Source: Promethearchaeota archaeon
Lineage (GTDB): Archaea; Asgardarchaeota; Lokiarchaeia; Sigyniarchaeales; SOKP01
Assembly: GCA_019058445.1 (NCBI GenBank)
Contig: JAHPZA010000009.1
Coordinates: 192,001-256,000 of the forward strand
Direction of reading: 5' to 3'
DNA: 64,000 bases
This document shows, piece by piece, positions 60,300 to 64,000 of this stretch. Under the pieces are notes generated by a model. That model saw only the letters and a program-made list of their open reading frames with translations, ran no database searches and was not told the DNA's origin. The first letter of the stretch is position 1. Each line of letters opens with the position of its first letter. Both the position numbers and the translations under genes were made by a program.

Positions 60300-62087
60300 T
60301 CAAGAAACTTCAACCCATATTGGACCAATCCAAGCCGCTCCCCCTCCAGAGTCCTGCATTCGAACATAGTAGTAATCTGCTCCATTTGTGTTTAATTCAT
60401 CAGGATCTACCGATTTTGATGATGTCTCATGAATATAATATTTACCATCATCTCTTTTAATGCAATCTTCATATTCCGTGCCAGTTATAGGACTGGTATC
60501 ACTTACTGTAATTTTACTAAGAACTTCATCAATATTTTCATAGGATTTCCATAATTCCGAGTTTTTAAATATTTCAATTTCTTCAATTTTTGTTCTTTTA
60601 TTTGGTTTCAACGAAATTCCATCAGCAGCAATAAAAATATTAATTTGTCTTGCCGAATCTATATTAGGTACGTGCACTGTTGAATCGTTAACACCTACAG
60701 TCAAACCATTGATTGAGAATTCAATGTAGGGTCGATTAATCCAGGTCGTTGCATAGGCAGAACGTTTTTTCAATGCGTCAAAAATGTGGCTCCTATCAAG
60801 TGTATCTGAATATATTCCGGTTAATCCATTTGGATAGGGTGTTCCATAACGATAACCTGATAGAGTATATGGTTGTTGGTTGACGGCACGTGCATCAGTA
60901 TGGGATATACTATGTCCTAATCTTCCATCATGACTATCTCCTGACGCCATAAATCCAAATTTTCTCCCCATTTTGAGAGCATCTCTTATAGAATATCCAT
61001 CTCCATCTATCTCTTTAGCTGAGGTATATAAATTATCCCTACCAGTACATTCACTAGAACCATGACAAGAATAAATTTCAACCATAGTATTTATATCTTC
61101 ATCATAATAGGCAAAATCCGAAGGATTTGTGCTTCTTATGCAATGATGTGTCCAAGAGATAAAATCATCATCAGATTCTTTTTCAATTGCTTTGTATAGG
61201 TCATCTGGATTATTATGAGTAAGAGTAGAAAAGAAAGGCATATCATCATCTTCAAAATATATATTAAGATGCTCAGTAGGAAAATTAGAATTTGGGCCAC
61301 CAAACCAAGTAGTCCATTCCATAGCGACAAGTGTAGCGAATTCACCATCATCATTGAATTCATTCGATATCTCAATATATTTTTTAAATCTACCAGTGAG
61401 GTCTACTTCACTAATTCTAGGAAACAATTCAACATGTTCCGTTAATGCAGCGAAGTCTAATAAAGCGACATCTCGAGCAAATTTGTAAGCATCCTCGGGT
61501 GTTCCCGAACCATCGGAATAAGCTGTATGACCGTGTATATCACCCCAAAACAAATTTTTAAAATAAGTATCTTCAGGTTTGACTATAATAGGATTACTTC
61601 GGTACTTTTCTTTTGTATCCATATCCTTTAATTTAATGTAGTGAATTCCTGGTGTTGATATTTTGATAATAAAAGTTCTTTTTCCATTATCAGCACCTTT
61701 AATATTATAAGCTGGTACTAATCCATTCCATATAAAATTAGATGTAAATTCGTAATCTTTAGGTAAAGAAGAAATAGCATTGATTTTTTCTAATGTTGTA
61801 TAGTTATAGGATTCGATTTCAAATGATACCATTCCATTATAGCTACCTGCTAATCTTTCATATTGATCCCATGCTTCTACGGTAATTTCAAAATCTTCAT
61901 TTTCTACTACCATAGAGGGACCATGAATCCACATTGTTGTTTTATTATTATCAAACATTACATTAAAATCAATGAACATAAAAACCCAAGAACCAATGAC
62001 AATCGAAATTATGAGAATTTTTCCAAGAGGGGATAATTTGTTTTTAAAATCTTTATTAATTTTCATCATTTTTGTTTGCTTAATCAT
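60300..62087 (-). CDS. DUF3604/PHP-like metallohydrolase with N-terminal membrane anchor
   Basis: FWGDIHGHT..SDG, TEH, SGDSH, AWIGPIW. Confidence 0.8.
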   Translation of the reverse strand: MIKQTKMMKINKDFKNKLSPLGKILIISIVIGSWVFMFIDFNVMFDNNKTTMWIHGPSMVVENEDFEITVEAWDQYERLAGSYNGMVSFEIESYNYTTLEKINAISSLPKDYEFTSNFIWNGLVPAYNIKGADNGKRTFIIKISTPGIHYIKLKDMDTKEKYRSNPIIVKPEDTYFKNLFWGDIHGHTAYSDGSGTPEDAYKFARDVALLDFAALTEHVELFPRISEVDLTGRFKKYIEISNEFNDDGEFATLVAMEWTTWFGGPNSNFPTEHLNIYFEDDDMPFFSTLTHNNPDDLYKAIEKESDDDFISWTHHCIRSTNPSDFAYYDEDINTMVEIYSCHGSSECTGRDNLYTSAKEIDGDGYSIRDALKMGRKFGFMASGDSHDGRLGHSISHTDARAVNQQPYTLSGYRYGTPYPNGLTGIYSDTLDRSHIFDALKKRSAYATTWINRPYIEFSINGLTVGVNDSTVHVPNIDSARQINIFIAADGISLKPNKRTKIEEIEIFKNSELWKSYENIDEVLSKITVSDTSPITGTEYEDCIKRDDGKYYIHETSSKSVDPDELNTNGADYYYVRMQDSGGGAAWIGPIWVEVS

Positions 62088-62093
62088 GTTGTT

Positions 62094-62405
62094 TTAGAAA
62101 AATTCCATAGAGTATGCAAAATGTGCTAATATAAAAATTTGGATGAGAATTATAATAAAACCTAACAAAACTACCTTTTTATTTTTTTGAAATAATAAAT
62201 AACTTGCGCAAATAATACCTATAGGCATAAATACTGGGGTCGAAAAAGCAATGCCTAATATAAAGATCGTTAAGTAATAGATTTTTTTTTTTTTAGATTT
62301 TGTTGCTACGATCTCTTTATCTCTTGAAATTAAATTAGAAGTTGAATTAGTACTATTATTCTTAATTAAATCTTTGGTTAGATGTATATCTCGAGAATCA
62401 CTCAT
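62094..62405 (-). CDS. Small membrane protein
   Basis: C-terminal TM segments; co-directional with DUF3604. Confidence 0.55.
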   Translation of the reverse strand: MSDSRDIHLTKDLIKNNSTNSTSNLISRDKEIVATKSKKKKIYYLTIFILGIAFSTPVFMPIGIICASYLLFQKNKKVVLLGFIIILIQIFILAHFAYSMEFF

Positions 62406-62547
62406 TTATTTAGATTTGTTCCTTAATTTTATAAATGTTTGCATGCATTTTCAATATGAATGAAATACATCAATTTAAAGGGGGAAAAATATAAATACCT
62501 TATCGTTGATTTAAATTATTATAAAATTTTAAATAAAGAGATAGATC

Positions 62548-62997
62548 TTGATTCCAGCATATTTTTTTTTAGGATTAACCTTAATTGGTTATTTCATTTT
62601 TTCAATCATTCAGACCATAATTTATCTACTACTTTTAAATCTACTATTATATCTTGGATTTTGGATGCTTATAAAAGATATTTCCAAGATAGATAAAAAA
62701 GATATACTCTTAACGAGTGTAATTATTGAATTATGCAATCTTATTAACTCTTTTGTGGTTTATTTTTATGTATATCTTGCATTATATGGAGTATTGATAT
62801 TTCTACTTATATTTTTTATGTTTCCATTTATAATTTTATATTTAAGATATTATGAAAGAGACAAGATCTCCGAGTTCAAAATCTTTTTATTATATTTTAT
62901 TTCTATCCCAGCATCTTTTTTTATTAGTATCTTATGTGCTAGTGTAATTCTTAACCTGCTTGGATTCCAAAATATATTTCTATTTTCGAGAAATTAA
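62548..62997 (+). CDS. Hypothetical membrane protein
   Basis: Highly hydrophobic 149-aa ORF. Confidence 0.55.
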   Translation: MIPAYFFLGLTLIGYFIFSIIQTIIYLLLLNLLLYLGFWMLIKDISKIDKKDILLTSVIIELCNLINSFVVYFYVYLALYGVLIFLLIFFMFPFIILYLRYYERDKISEFKIFLLYFISIPASFFISILCASVILNLLGFQNIFLFSRN

Positions 62998-63054
62998 GAG
63001 GATTATAGAAAGTTTTATACTACTAAAAAAGAAGTATAAAATTATTCGGATGAT

Positions 63055-63423
63055 TTATTTCGCGAGTTCTAAATACTTTTCATCAACTAGTATATTAAGC
63101 TCTGCTATGAGCCAACATAATTCATCATATGGGGTCGCTGACCTGAAAATCTCTGCTGCTTTTTTCCGTATATCTTCTTCTGAAACATTTTTATCTCCTT
63201 TTTGAATAATTAGTTGCTTTTCTGCTAACATCCAACATAATTCATCATATGAAAGCTGATTTTGCGAAAGATAATATGCTCCAACGCTAATCATCTCGCT
63301 TAAATCTACTTCTTGCTTTTCAATCTGTATTGGTTCTTCTTTATCTGGTTCAGATTTTCTATATTTTTTAAGTTGGAGAAACCATTCTAATATATCCTTT
63401 TTTGTTGATGTGATAATTATCAC
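63055..63423 (-). CDS. Hypothetical protein with tandem YDELCWxxAE repeat
   Basis: SYDELCWMLAE and PYDELCWLIAE. Confidence 0.7.
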   Translation of the reverse strand: MIIITSTKKDILEWFLQLKKYRKSEPDKEEPIQIEKQEVDLSEMISVGAYYLSQNQLSYDELCWMLAEKQLIIQKGDKNVSEEDIRKKAAEIFRSATPYDELCWLIAELNILVDEKYLELAK

Positions 63424-63489
63424 CTCTATTAAACAAATTAATAATGGAGATTTCCACTTTTAAAGTTAAGGGCAAATTTGATTGTAAAA

Positions 63490-63885
63490 TTATAATTTGA
63501 TATCCAAATACTCTCTCAGAAATTTTTGAATTTGCTCACAAGTTTTCTCGAATTCATCATGCGACTGGTAAAATAAGTGGGTTCTGGGACAATCTTCATC
63601 AAACACACAGGTTTTTTTATCTTTGTCATATGTAAGAGGATAAAATCTGCATCCTTGAGGACGATTAGAATATATTTTACACTTCTTAGTTGAGATATCA
63701 AAAAATACGCAATGTCCGTTTACATTTTTTAATTGAAAGTATTCGTTATTCTTAAGCACAAAATCCTCTTCTTGTAAGTCTTGTGGATAATTTTTTAGAA
63801 GTAAAATAATTTCCTTTTTGGATAACATCATCTCAGTATTTAAACAACATTTTCCACAATCTTTACATTTTTCTGTCATAAGCAA
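63490..63885 (-). CDS. YkgJ-family cysteine-cluster (CxxCxxCC) protein
   Basis: CKDCGKCC, CVFFD...CKIYSNRPQGCRFYP. Confidence 0.9.
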   Translation of the reverse strand: MLMTEKCKDCGKCCLNTEMMLSKKEIILLLKNYPQDLQEEDFVLKNNEYFQLKNVNGHCVFFDISTKKCKIYSNRPQGCRFYPLTYDKDKKTCVFDEDCPRTHLFYQSHDEFEKTCEQIQKFLREYLDIKL

Positions 63886-64000
63886 GTCAATAGATCGATA
63901 TATTTTAAGTTATTTAGAATTGTAATTGTTATAAAAATTCACATAAATATCAAATGAAATCCTAGCAAAATCTATATTATTATTAGGATAAACTTTAAAA

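Noticed and set aside
63109-63251. Short DNA direct repeat caacataattcatcatatg
   Set aside because: Explained by the protein-level YDELCW repeat
1-64000. CRISPR arrays, tRNA or rRNA genes, intact transposases or integrases
   Set aside because: None recognised by eye; tRNAscan-SE and Infernal would be needed to exclude small RNAs

Overview
AT-rich archaeal DNA whose gene content points to an Asgard archaeon, most likely Lokiarchaeia. The evidence is three Rab-like GTPases, roadblock and longin proteins, a JAMM-E1-E2-ubiquitin cluster, Loki-type 7TM proteins, DUF39/NIL-ferredoxin homocysteine genes and HdrBC. Bases 1 to ~22,170 form a visibly more AT-rich accessory/defence island: an RHH protein, an FVSNSSS-motif protein with a radical SAM, an OLD-type ABC-ATPase/TOPRIM nuclease, several HEPN-like RNases (some membrane-anchored), NYN, AlbA_2 and PD-(D/E)xK proteins, gene fragments and IS/MITE-like ends. 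The island ends at a 5'-truncated N6-adenine methyltransferase/type IIG gene; the rest looks like core chromosome. The most notable observation is a 30-nt insertion (27418-27447) in the longin-GTPase gene directly upstream of the ubiquitin cluster. It carries an in-frame TAG and folds into a canonical bulge-helix-bulge motif. Cutting at the standard archaeal splicing-endonuclease positions removes it exactly and restores the longin N-terminus (GGV|LCY), making it a candidate EndA-spliced mRNA intron in an Asgard eukaryotic-signature gene. Other points of interest: three tandem 7TM proteins with C4C4 RING-like fingers beside the ubiquitin cluster, and a perfect 38-bp inverted duplication that frameshifts a membrane-protein gene. 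All family assignments come from motif recognition by eye; no searches were run.
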